Of a stretch of 51,924 nucleotides of DNA, positions 1 through 10,076 are shown one piece after another. Both the position numbers and the translations under genes were made by a program. The notes under the pieces were generated by a model that did not search any database, was not told the DNA's origin, and saw only the letters and a list, made by a program, of their open reading frames with translations. How positions within the stretch are numbered: position 1 is the first letter of the stretch; each line of letters begins with the position of its first letter. The stretch comes from Saprolegnia diclina VS20 (taxonomy: Eukaryota): contig NW_008246068.1 in NCBI RefSeq assembly GCF_000281045.1, positions 1,147,319 through 1,199,242 of the forward strand, written 5' to 3'.

Positions 1-771
1 ATGTTCATCCAGCTCAACGTTGGCGGCCGCATCTTTTGCACGTCGGAAGCGACGCTCGCCAAGGTTCCTGGCAGCTTCTTGGAGAAGCTTTTACGTCGCG
101 CCCCGGACGTTGACAGCGCGTACTTTCTGGACTTGGACCCAACGTACTTTGAGCCCATTTTGAACCACTTGCGCTGCGACGCGCCGCTGCTCGCCAGCCT
201 CGCGCCGCACGAGATCGTCCACATCTCACGCCAGCTAGAGTTCCTCCGGCTGCCGTTGCCCGTGCCACTAAGTCGCATGTGGACACCGACCGACACCAAC
301 ATGCAGCTATTGCACACCAACTTCTGCCAGACGGTCGCCGTCACGAAGAATACGCACCAGCGCTCCGTGCTCGCGTTGGTGCCAAGCGACCGATTTGCCG
401 TACGCATGGACTTTGTTCTGTGCAGTATCTCGATCGGGTTGACGACACAAGACGCGTTTGCACTGACGGCGCCGTCTGACGCCCATGCCGCGTATATTTG
501 TGGCGGCTACTCGAGCTTTGACAATATCAATGCCGAGCGCCTGGACTTAGAGCGCAGTGGAAGCATTGCCGTTGTCCAGTACGACCGCGACGCGCAAAAG
601 ATCACATTTGACGTCGACGGCGAACGTGTCGACAGTGCAAGCATCGACTTGGTGCTGCCGCCGACAACCGAGCTCTTTCCGTTCGTCTCGTTTTACGCCA
701 TGCCGTATTCAGACACGGACGGCAGTGCCTACCTCGGGCAGGTCACGCTCGTGCCTGTGCCATCGTCGTAG
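1..771 (+). CDS. BTB/POZ (KCTD/T1-type) domain protein with C-terminal SPRY/B30.2-like domain
   Basis: Single 256-aa ORF. N-terminus IQLNVGGRIFCTSEATL...YFLDLDPTYFEPILNHLR is a T1-type BTB signature. C-terminus VVQYDRDAQKITFDVDG...ELFPFVSFY resembles a SPRY terminus. Confidence 0.85.
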   Translation: MFIQLNVGGRIFCTSEATLAKVPGSFLEKLLRRAPDVDSAYFLDLDPTYFEPILNHLRCDAPLLASLAPHEIVHISRQLEFLRLPLPVPLSRMWTPTDTNMQLLHTNFCQTVAVTKNTHQRSVLALVPSDRFAVRMDFVLCSISIGLTTQDAFALTAPSDAHAAYICGGYSSFDNINAERLDLERSGSIAVVQYDRDAQKITFDVDGERVDSASIDLVLPPTTELFPFVSFYAMPYSDTDGSAYLGQVTLVPVPSS

Positions 772-1105
772 GTCTCACGGATCGAGGCCGTCGACAAGGA
801 CTACAGAGTACTACACAGTCCACCATGATTTGAATCCTTTGATATATCCATCAAACGTATTTGCAATCAAATGACAACAAACGCAACGACGTGGCAAGTC
901 GGAGTCAGCGCTGCAACTGGGTTGTTCAGAGTCAGCTGCTTTCCAGCGTGTGGACAGTACACATGTAGTACTATTGAAACTCGGTCCCACGCAGAGAGGC
1001 TCTGTCACCTTTGACCGAGCTCGCACCTTGCAAGCTCCGGTGATCCTTGATACGCCGTTTGAGATGCAGCCAATCGGAAGCGTCGTGTCAAATGCCAAAT
1101 TGCCC

Positions 1106-1718
1106 ATGCGACCCAGTCAACCCCTGCTCGCGATCGACCCGCAGATCCGACGCCATGACGACACCAGCACGAGTCTCTTGCTGCTCCGAGACCTCGTCGT
1201 TTGGCCGTTCCAGTGGCTCACGTACGCCGCGCTTCTCTACTCCTCAGCGTACGTCCTCTTGACGCTCGTCGCGTACCTCGCCGTCGTTCCCATGCTCCTT
1301 GTCGCTGCCTGTCTTGTGCCATACACTGTGCTGCGCAGCCTCACAAGCCTCTTGACGCAACGATTTGCTCCATATTGGTACCCGTGGAGTGTCTTGTATG
1401 CGGCTATTGCTCATCGTCGACGTCTGGCTCCACAACCAGTTTGCGCGGCGGTCGCAGTGCATTGCTGTCACGTACGACTTGAGTCGCCGGCACCACTCGA
1501 GCTGCGGCGACCAGTCTCGCTTCGTCCTGCGCATGATCGACGTGGACTCGCCGTCGGCGCTGATGACAACGTGGGCGTGTCTGCTCGTCGTGCGCTCAGT
1601 CGTTGGCGTGGCACTGGGTGTCATGTACATCGTTGTGATCGCGAACGCAATGGACGACAGCATTGGCGTCGTCCTGGCGGCCGTCAAGTGGCAATGGACA
1701 GACCTGTATGAGCTGTGA
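1106..1718 (+). pseudogene. Small multi-pass membrane protein split over two reading frames (frameshift, unresolved intron or sequencing error)
   Basis: Hydrophobic segment YAALLYSSAYVLLTLVAYLAVVPMLLVAACLVP lies in the frame of ORF 950-1711. Protein-like hydrophobic sequence continues in the frame of ORF 1365-1718 (LLIVDVWLHNQF...ALMTTWACLLVVRSVVGVALGVMYIVVIA). I found no typical short intron at the switch. Confidence 0.4.
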
Positions 1719-2076
1719 GGACCACGTCATATTGGCTGTGCCGGTGGGTAGCTCCTCGCCATGCTGACAGCCGCCGCTCCACGGTCGCTGGTTCTGGCGA
1801 GCTGTGGACGCACGACATGCTTCTTTGCCAGTGAGTTGGTCCTTAGCTTATGTGATCATTGGGGGTATGCTTGAGCGCAATTTGTTCAAAGACAAAGAAA
1901 GTACAATAATTATTGGCTCTGGATCACTTTTGCTCGAAGATTAGAGTTAACCTAGACACGCACGCAGAGGCAGCACGACGGTACCTTGCTTCGATTCAAC
2001 ACTCTCGCCACCGACCAATAAGCAGCAATTCAAGACCGTTCACTCCCTCAAACATATTGACATTATTGTCTCTTTT

Positions 2077-4393
2077 CTAGTCGTCGCCGATCGGTTTTCG
2101 ACGCTTAAATACTGCACCGAGCGCTTTCTCTGTCTGCAGCTTGGTCTTCTCCGCCGCGAGCTGATCGAGGAGTGACCACGGAACATGCGCATCTCGCATC
2201 CGGCGCTGCTGCCCCAGTGTCTTGACCTTCTTCTTCACTACAATTTCTGTCTCTAACGGTGGATCGACGCTGGTCGAGCGCTCGATCGCCACAGCGTGCG
2301 GGCGCGGGGGGGCGTTGTGCAGGGCTTGGTGCACGCCGTTGTACGTTTTCGTAAACGTATCAAGGAGCGGCATCAACATCGTTTGCGCTTGTTCCAGCTG
2401 CGCCGTGGACGACACGAGCGCGACTTGCTCGGTCAGTGCCGTCACGGCGCTCTTCTGGGCTTGGAATTCCTTGGAAAAGGCGAGCAAATTCGAACTGCCA
2501 ATGCAAAACACCGTGCTTTCTCGCGCGGCCGCGTGCAGTCGCACCTTGCCTTCCTTTGTGCACGGCGTGACGCGCCATTTTCGACGCTCGTCGGCAATTT
2601 TTTGCTGCCGCTGCCGCGCGCGGAGGATCGCCATGTGATGCATATCTCGCTACGATGTCGACGATATATTGTCATATTTGAGTACAATAAACGCTGTACC
2701 TCCCAGTAGTCGAGGAACTCTTCGACGCGCCAGCGCTCAATCTAATCAAATAGACATGAGCACGACGTTTTGATTGAATGGGGGCAGGGTACTTCGTCCC
2801 GGCGTGCGATCGCGTCGTCGCGCTGTCGCTGCAGCGTCTGTAGCTTGGTTACGCTGGCACGGAATCGCAGGCCGTGGCCAAACACAGCGTCGAGTTTGGC
2901 GGCCGTGATCTGTGCCCGCTGCGCCTTGATTTTTGCTTCCATCTCGTACAGCCAGCCGTCGGTAATCGCCCGCGGCGACATTTTCAGCCGCTGTTCTTGC
3001 ATGTCAATGTAGACGCACTCCATCTACACGTACACAATGTCTACTACTCTGCTGACTCCAAAGATACGTACGTCGTTGATGCGAACGTGGGCGCGGTGGT
3101 GCTCACTTTCCATCTGAACGACCCTACGATTCACCTTCATAAATCATAAAGAGACTAAACGGCCATACAGAGTCTCGAGCTTGGACTTGTCGACGCGGCG
3201 CTGGAGCTTCTGAACGTGTTCCTTGTACCAGACAAGCTCGGCGTCCAGAACGTCCATGACCAGCTTGCGATTCGTCGTCTCGCGCTCAAACAGCATCGAA
3301 TCGACGCGCACGCGGGCCTACGCGCCGTGCGTCATCAATGATCCGCCGAAATGTATCAAGTTTGTATCAATAGATTGTACGCGCATGCCGCGAAAGAGGC
3401 GCTGGATGTGCACGGCGGCAACGTCATACGCGGCGCGCAAACTGCGGGTCTTGCGCTGGACGAGGAAGCGCCGCATGTGCTTTTGAACGACAATGGCGCT
3501 GCGACTGAGCCAATGTGCGTCCGAGCGCTTCCGGCTCGCGACGCCGCGCCAGAGCATCTGCACATGCAGCGCCGCCAGATGGCGCTTGATCGCAAGCGCG
3601 CGCCGGCGACCAAAGTAGCCGCGTGTATACCGCTGGATGACGCTGGCGTTGTAGCTCTCCCACTGGAACTTGGTGGCCAAGACGCGCTGGTAAAGGAAGC
3701 TTCGGTACGTCGCTTGGATCTTGGAGACAAAGCGCAGTTGCGAGAGATACCACACCCGGACCCACTTGCGTGTGAGGACACCCCGCATGATGCGCTAGTC
3801 CCAGTACAGACTCTGGAGACGACCAGTTGTACGTACTTGGATCTCGACGCTTGCGCGCACGTAGCGCACGTACGTGGCCCAAAACTGCTTTTGGCTGTAT
3901 CGCCGCCATGCCTTTTGCACCACCTTGGCGCACTAGAGAGAGAGCGTCAAGATGAAGATGGGTGTCGTTGTGCATGGCCGACGCACTTCGCGGTAGCGGT
4001 GCTCGAGCGCCAGCATATCGTCGACGATGCGCGGGTTCGTCTTCTTCTTCTTCTTCTGCTTCGTCAGGCTCCTCCTACGCATCGCGATGAGCCTTCCGTG
4101 CACCAAGGAAGATGCGACGACATTTTGGCCTGCGTGGGCTTGCGCCGCAACAGCATGTCGAGGCGCCGGTTCTCGGCCAAGTAGATGTTGGCCTTGCGCG
4201 CAAGCTTGTGTGGCAGGCTCATGGCCTCGGTGCGCTCGGCGACGTCGGCGTCCACGACCCGCTGCGCCTCGGATATCCAGAGCCCATGGAGCCGGTTCTG
4301 CTGCTCTGAAGGCGTTAGCGCGGACTTGGCCTTGGCGCCGTAGACCAGCGGCAGGTGCAACCCAAAGCGCGCGTGTGGCTCGTCGGTCGCCAT
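2077..4393 (-). CDS. Multi-exon IQ calmodulin-binding motif / coiled-coil protein
   Basis: Exon pieces are ORFs 4064-4528 (Met at 4393), 3318-3788, 2742-3023 and 2077-2643. Repeated IQ motifs: VVQKAWRRY, KIQATYRSF, VIQRYTRGY, HVQMLWRG, VVQKHMRRF, HIQRLFRG. Internal exon boundaries are approximate. Confidence 0.75.
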
Positions 4394-4828
4394 GGCCGAC
4401 CCGTCCCGGCGCGAGCGAGATCTTTTGCCAACTCGACAGTGTACAGTATTTCCAGTCAAGATACGCATGTTCATGATATAATGTTTATTCAAAATTAAAG
4501 GGGTCGTTTTCAAAGCTGTTAGCACCACGACTATTGTTTAAGAGGATGCAGTATCCAGCACAATCTCGTTGGACGATGGTCGTCGAGGCCGCGCTCCCTG
4601 TAGCGGCCTACCACCATCCTTATAGTGCATGGACTGGATGGGTCGTGTGCACACTATTTCCGTATCGCCACTTTGCAGTCGCCAACACGTTTAAAACAGG
4701 TGACATACCGCCAATGGCATGGCGCGCTACGGCGCATTTTAGCCAATGGCCTTGCGTCGTTTGCCGATTTGCTTACTGGTGGGCAACAAGCATTAGAATT
4801 CTTCCCGAGGTCTAACAAGACGACGACG

Positions 4829-5720
4829 ATGTTCCTCCGTCGCACGCTTGCGAGCGCGCGCGTCCTCGGCGCGCCCCGCGCCATGTCGACGGCCCTCGAA
4901 GCCAAGCCGTGGACGCCTGAATCCAAGCGCACGGGTCTCCTCGCCACCAAGATGGGCATGATCTCGGTCTTCGACGACTGGGGCCTCTCGCACGCGTGCA
5001 CGGTCCTCCAGGTGGAGGAGTGCCAGGTCACACAGGTCAAGGACAAGGAGACGCACGGCTTCACGTCGCTCCAGATCGGCGCTGGCCTGCGCAAGGCCAA
5101 GAACGTGACCAAGCCCGTGCTCGGTCACCTCGCCAAGGCCGGCGTCCCGGCCAAGCGCGAGCTCGCCGAGTTCCGTGTCACGGACGATGCGCTCATCCCT
5201 GCTGGCACGACGCTCAACGCGCTCCACTTTGCGCCTGGCCAATTTGTCGACGTGTGCGGCACGAGGTAGGCTCGTTTGCGCATCTTGAATGGTTTGTTGA
5301 CGCGGTGCCTGTAGCAAGGGCAAGGGTTTCCAGGGTGTCATGAAGCGTCACAACTTTGCGGGCCAGCCGGCGTCGCACGGTAACTCCAAGACGGAGCGCC
5401 ACATGGGTTCGTCGGGCCAGTGCCAGGACCCCGGCAAGGTCTGGAAGGGCAAGAAGATGCCGGGTCGCATGGGCGGGAAGCGCGTCACGCGCGACAACCT
5501 CTGGGTCTTCAAGGTCGACCCCGAGCGCAACCTCCTGTACGTCAAGGGCACGGTCCCCGGCGCACCGGGCGGCATCGTGCGTGTCACGGACGCCCGCAAG
5601 AAGAAGTTTAGCGACGACGCGTTGCCGCCGTTCCCGACCTTCATCCACGACGGCGCGGCTTTGCCGGGTCCCATCATGGCGCCCAAGAGCGAGAAGGATC
5701 CGTACCACTTCGAGGAATAG
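4829..5720 (+). CDS. MRPL3: Mitochondrial 50S ribosomal protein L3 (uL3m)
   Basis: Arg/Ala-rich presequence, then [12 protein letters not shown]...CTVLQV. Intron 5266-5314 (GT-AG, 49 nt) restores [17 protein letters not shown]...[14 protein letters not shown]...[11 protein letters not shown]. Confidence 0.96.
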
Positions 5721-6323
5721 AGTTACAATAATACAGGCGGGCACCACGTTGTTCCCACATAACAAGTTATATCGGCACCCACAACCAGAAGTAGAGTCAG
5801 CAACGCCTGGACATCCCACTGCTTCTGCTGGTGATCCCAGTTCTTATTGCTGGAGAGCCCAGTTCTTATTACTGGTCATGGCACCAGAGACAACACTAGC
5901 GCTGCGTCGACGTTGCCAAGCGCTCACAAGTACATTACCACCACGACTTGCATCACTATAATCTACCAAGAGCATCCTTGGAGCCTAGGATCATATCCAA
6001 TCAGTGACCCTTGGCCGAGCGTACTGCTACCATGCGAGGTTCGTTCGCCAGCTTCGTGACGGTGGACGTGAAGCAGAACATCATGACCCGCTGCATCAAC
6101 GGTCTGTGCGGCGACATCTCCCGTGACCATGTGCAACCCTACCCCCAGCCCAATCAATACCGCAGCTAGCCTTGCATCGACAGCGGAGCGGACCCGCGCG
6201 CGCAGTACTAGTAACAATATTGCTTTAAGTGCATTGCAGTATTCTTTCAAGTGAAATCAAGTAAGTATCAAGTGGCGCCTCGTCTCGACGGACGCTGGTG
6301 CAGTCTCGTCTCTTGTAGTGTAC

Positions 6324-7846
6324 TTAGGTCGTAGGCTTGTAGTGCGTCATGTTCGTGTACGCCACGTGCTGGTACTCGGCGGGGCAGAACGGAAACACAA
6401 TGTCGGTCGCGGCCGGCCACAGCATGCTGCTTGCGCTCTTGATTGTGACGTAGAGGCTGAGCACGCCGCAGACAACGACGACGATGTAGCAGTACACGCG
6501 CTCGTACCACGGAACTTTCTCGCCAAAGACCGCCACGTAGCTCAAGATCGGCAAGATGATGCAGCTCAGCGACACGGACGACGCGCCGACCAAGTCGACG
6601 AGCTCGTGGAAATGGTCGTGCAAGACGACCGACGCCAGCGTGAGGCCGGCCACGATCGCTGACCGCAGCATGCAGCACGCTGCAAACCGCGGGTCGTCGT
6701 CATCGCCATCCAGTGTCTTGCCCAGTGCCTCGTTGTCGTCGTCGTTGTCGTCGACGTCACTGGCGCGCGGTGCATGTACGAGTGCAGCGTCTTGCGCACA
6801 CTCGGACGGCGTCGCGTCGCTGGCCTCGTCGCTCGTGGCATCGTCGGTCGCACTCTCCTCGTCGCCATGGAGGAGTCGCGTGCGGCGCGGCGCATGCAGC
6901 CCGAGGACAGACCGCTCGGCGTAGTAAAAGGCGGGGTGCAAAAGCACGGAAAACCCGATCGTAATGTGCAGCTGCATGGCGAGGAAGGCGAGGACGATAG
7001 GACCCCTGGGCGATTGAAAGCCCAGCGCCGTGCCCGAGACGGCAAAGAGGAGGTTGCCAGGAATTTGGCACCCGACCATGGAATAGCCCGTGATGGCAAT
7101 CGTTACAAAGAGCAATGTCACCAAGAGCAAGGTGAAGAGGACAACCCGGGGCATGCGGGTCGGGTCCGAGTGCTGGCGCTGGAGGTCCGGAATCACGATC
7201 GCCGCGCCGTACGCGAGCGCGAGGTTCCCAAACGTCGACGCAATACTGTCAAATGTAATGTCGGGCGGTGGAATTGGTGCCCCGGTGTCTGCGCCCAAGT
7301 AGTAGACAAGCACGCCGAGGGCCAGAAAATCGGCGACGATCGTACCAATGCAGCCGGCAAGCGCGGCCCCCGCGCCTTCCTTGAGCGTCGGCACGAGGCA
7401 GATCGGGAGGATCGAAATCGCCATGAGGATCGTCCAGTGCCGCGGCGAGAACGCGTCCGGGATGACCGTGTCGAGGAGCGAGCCGCCGAGGACGAGGAAG
7501 GCGCACGGTACAAAGAGACACACGCCGAGCTGCGAGGCAATGACCGCAAGTCGCCCGTGGCGGCCCAGCGCCCAGCCGCCCTACGTACGCATGAGTGCAT
7601 GACTAGACGACGACGACGTACGAGGTCGGCAAACGTCTGCACGGACGCTGGCGCGCGGAGCATGACCTTGCTGCAGACGACCGAGGCGTAGACGTTGGCG
7701 AGGCCCATGAAAGCGAGCGCGAGCGCACCGTAGGTCGGCCCGGCGCGGGCAAAGTTGCCGGGCATGCCCAAGGTGCCGATGCCGTAGACGCAGCAAAAGA
7801 GGTTGAACGACGCTTTCGCGTCTTCGAGCGTCAGCCAGCGCGCCAT
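6324..7846 (-). CDS. Amino acid/auxin permease (AAAP, Aa_trans) family transporter
   Basis: FNLFCCVYGIGTLGMPGNFARAG start. Intron 7581-7621 (41 nt) joins it to a 399-aa multi-TM ORF containing FGNLALAYGAAIVIPDLQRQHSDPTRM and LVDLVGA. Confidence 0.92.
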
Positions 7847-8718
7847 CGACGGTCGACTCAGAAATAGAGCTGTCTGCGATTGGCCACGACCGGTAATGGG
7901 AATAGAGCAAGCGCGCTTGATCTATGAAAGGGCGGCGGATGCCAGGTACACTTCGTCCAAGCAGGTGACAACTACAGCCACGTGTGGGTATGCCTCGTAT
8001 GGAATCCTAGGTTCACATGGGCCAACGCCTCTTGTTGTATCGACAAAGGCGTCTGCAACCATTGCATCGAAAATGGGGCAATCTCTGGTGTCTGTATTGA
8101 CTGTGGAGCTACGGTGTTGGCTTTGCTCTATCCTATCCATATATGGATCGATTGAGAAAGCTCGGCCTCGGCGCTGCTTCTCGGCGTCTCGTGGACTTGA
8201 CAAAGGTATGTACGGAATCTTCTGGAGGGTTTTGTCGCGCGTGAGGAGTGCGAAGTGGTGGCGTGCGGTCTTGGAGCTCTATGACGTGGCAACCGGAGCG
8301 TTCAACACCAAGTGGAGCGTCGTGGTCGTGCGGCAAGGAGCAAAATGCAATTACACTATTTGTCCTCGTCGGTTTGCTTGTCCGAAAAGCTTGCAACTTT
8401 CGGAAAGCGAGGTGACCTCCACTGTCGGTGGCACTGGAGCGAACTCGTAGTACGCTAGCAGTAGGACTGATACGATAGTAAGCCAACGAAAACAATGCCA
8501 AGGGCGACGCCGTCACAAGCTGCAACGAACGGCTTGCTGGGAAATATTGTTACCAGACACCATAGTGCAGCACCCGTGAGCGGACTGCGCGGTCGCTACA
8601 TCGCGCGTCTGGTTTCACTGTCCTCACTTGTGTTCTTGACGTGTCCAAATCGAAGAAAGGGACACTGGCCGTTGGACAGCGTCCAGCGATTGGCGCGCAG
8701 GTTCTGGTCCTCGCCGAC

Positions 8719-8778
8719 GAAAAAATGCCATTTCCATCAAGAAAGGGCAGTCCCTCTCGATGGAAATGGCTTTTTTTC
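8719..8778. repeat. 20-bp inverted repeat forming a 60-nt hairpin
   Basis: gaaaaaatgccatttccatc (8719-8738) pairs with gatggaaatggctttttttc (8759-8778) at 19 of 20 positions. The spacer adds further aggg/ccct pairing. Confidence 0.85.
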
Positions 8779-9340
8779 ATTTAGTGCGCCCGAGTTATCC
8801 ACGCGTGCCATCGGGCCCTTGAAGGGTCTAAGCAATGAGGCGCTACTTCAGTCTCTTGGCATCTTGATGAGCCAGTATTCGCCTCGTCGAGGAGCCAAGA
8901 TGGCGCCTAGAGCCGCCACGTCACGACGATCTGAGGCGATTGATGACGTTTTGGCTCTTCCGAATCACCAACCGTATGTTATCGGCATTATATTCCTGTT
9001 GGCATACTCACGGCGCGCACCAAAATATTCACCAAACAATATATATTATATATTATATTGCCCGTTCAACGTCGCAGCACGTTCCAATATATTTTTTCGC
9101 ACGAGGCCGAGGCCAATACCCACTGCTGGTGGTTCGTAGAATAATATTCAAAAATGGAATATTATTGCAATTGCGCATGAATAAAATGAGCCGCAATCTG
9201 ATATTAAAAGAGATCCGACAAGAATAATATTACATCGTGATATTCGTGTGCTGGCGGCAAATATAAAATCGGCCGCCATGGCGGACTAATAAGCTTCCAA
9301 CTGTTACTGCTGCAGTCGCCACTTGCCGACTCGCTCGCTC

Positions 9341-9997
9341 ATGGCGCCAACGGGGCTCACCGTGCGCGTGACCAAGGCGATCGTGACCAAGTCGACCAAG
9401 ACGACCCACTATGAGCTCGCCATCACCGACTACAAGTCGCAGGCGCTCGTGACCACGCGGAAGCGCCACCGCGACTTCAAGCAGCTCCTTGAAGCTGTCG
9501 CCCGCGCGCTGCAGGTCGGCCACGCCTGCGCCTCGGTCTGTCCGTGGTTCTACATGGATTTGCAGCAAAAGATGCCACGGCCACACCTCTTGGACCTCTT
9601 TGCCCACGGGCGAGCCATCGCCAGCCGCATCGCAGCCTTTCAAGACGTCCTCGACACGATCCTCATGTTCATCTCGCACCCAAAGGCAATGGCCTGTCCA
9701 CGCGCCGCCGACGCCGTGCCCAAGGCGTTCTACGACTTTCTCTTTGCCGACACTGGTGGCGCGGACCCGTCGCTCTCGCTCTCGTCGTTGTCGTCGTCGT
9801 GGGGCTCGTCCAACTCGGTGACCGACGGCGTCATCTGCGCGCTCTGCAGCCGGTTCCTGGACGGCCATGGCCTCTGTGAGCAGAGCACTTGCCTCACGAC
9901 GCTCTCGTGCGGCCACGTCTTCCACGACGACTGCATCGTCGCGGCCCTCAATGTCCACCTCCTCTGCCCGTGCTGCCCACAACCGTCGTCGCATTGA
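9341..9997 (+). CDS. PX-like domain + RING-H2 zinc finger protein (putative E3 ligase)
   Basis: N-terminal TTHYEL...TRKRHRDFKQL...KMPR is PX-like. C-terminal CALC...LSCGHVFHDDCIVAALNVHLLCPCC is RING-H2. Confidence 0.85.
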   Translation: MAPTGLTVRVTKAIVTKSTKTTHYELAITDYKSQALVTTRKRHRDFKQLLEAVARALQVGHACASVCPWFYMDLQQKMPRPHLLDLFAHGRAIASRIAAFQDVLDTILMFISHPKAMACPRAADAVPKAFYDFLFADTGGADPSLSLSSLSSSWGSSNSVTDGVICALCSRFLDGHGLCEQSTCLTTLSCGHVFHDDCIVAALNVHLLCPCCPQPSSH

Positions 9998-10076
9998 ACA
10001 TGTGCAACAATATTATTATTTTATTATGAATTTTGTTGAAGTTGAAACCTTCGAAAGAGCCAAAAGATACAGGGCG

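Noticed and set aside
8719..8778. Rho-independent terminator reading of the hairpin plus T run
   Set aside because: This is a eukaryotic locus and no gene ends next to it. It is kept only as a hairpin.
7803..9139. ORFs in the AAAP/PX-RING intergenic region
   Set aside because: No domain motifs and atypical codon bias. I could not build a gene or transposase from them.
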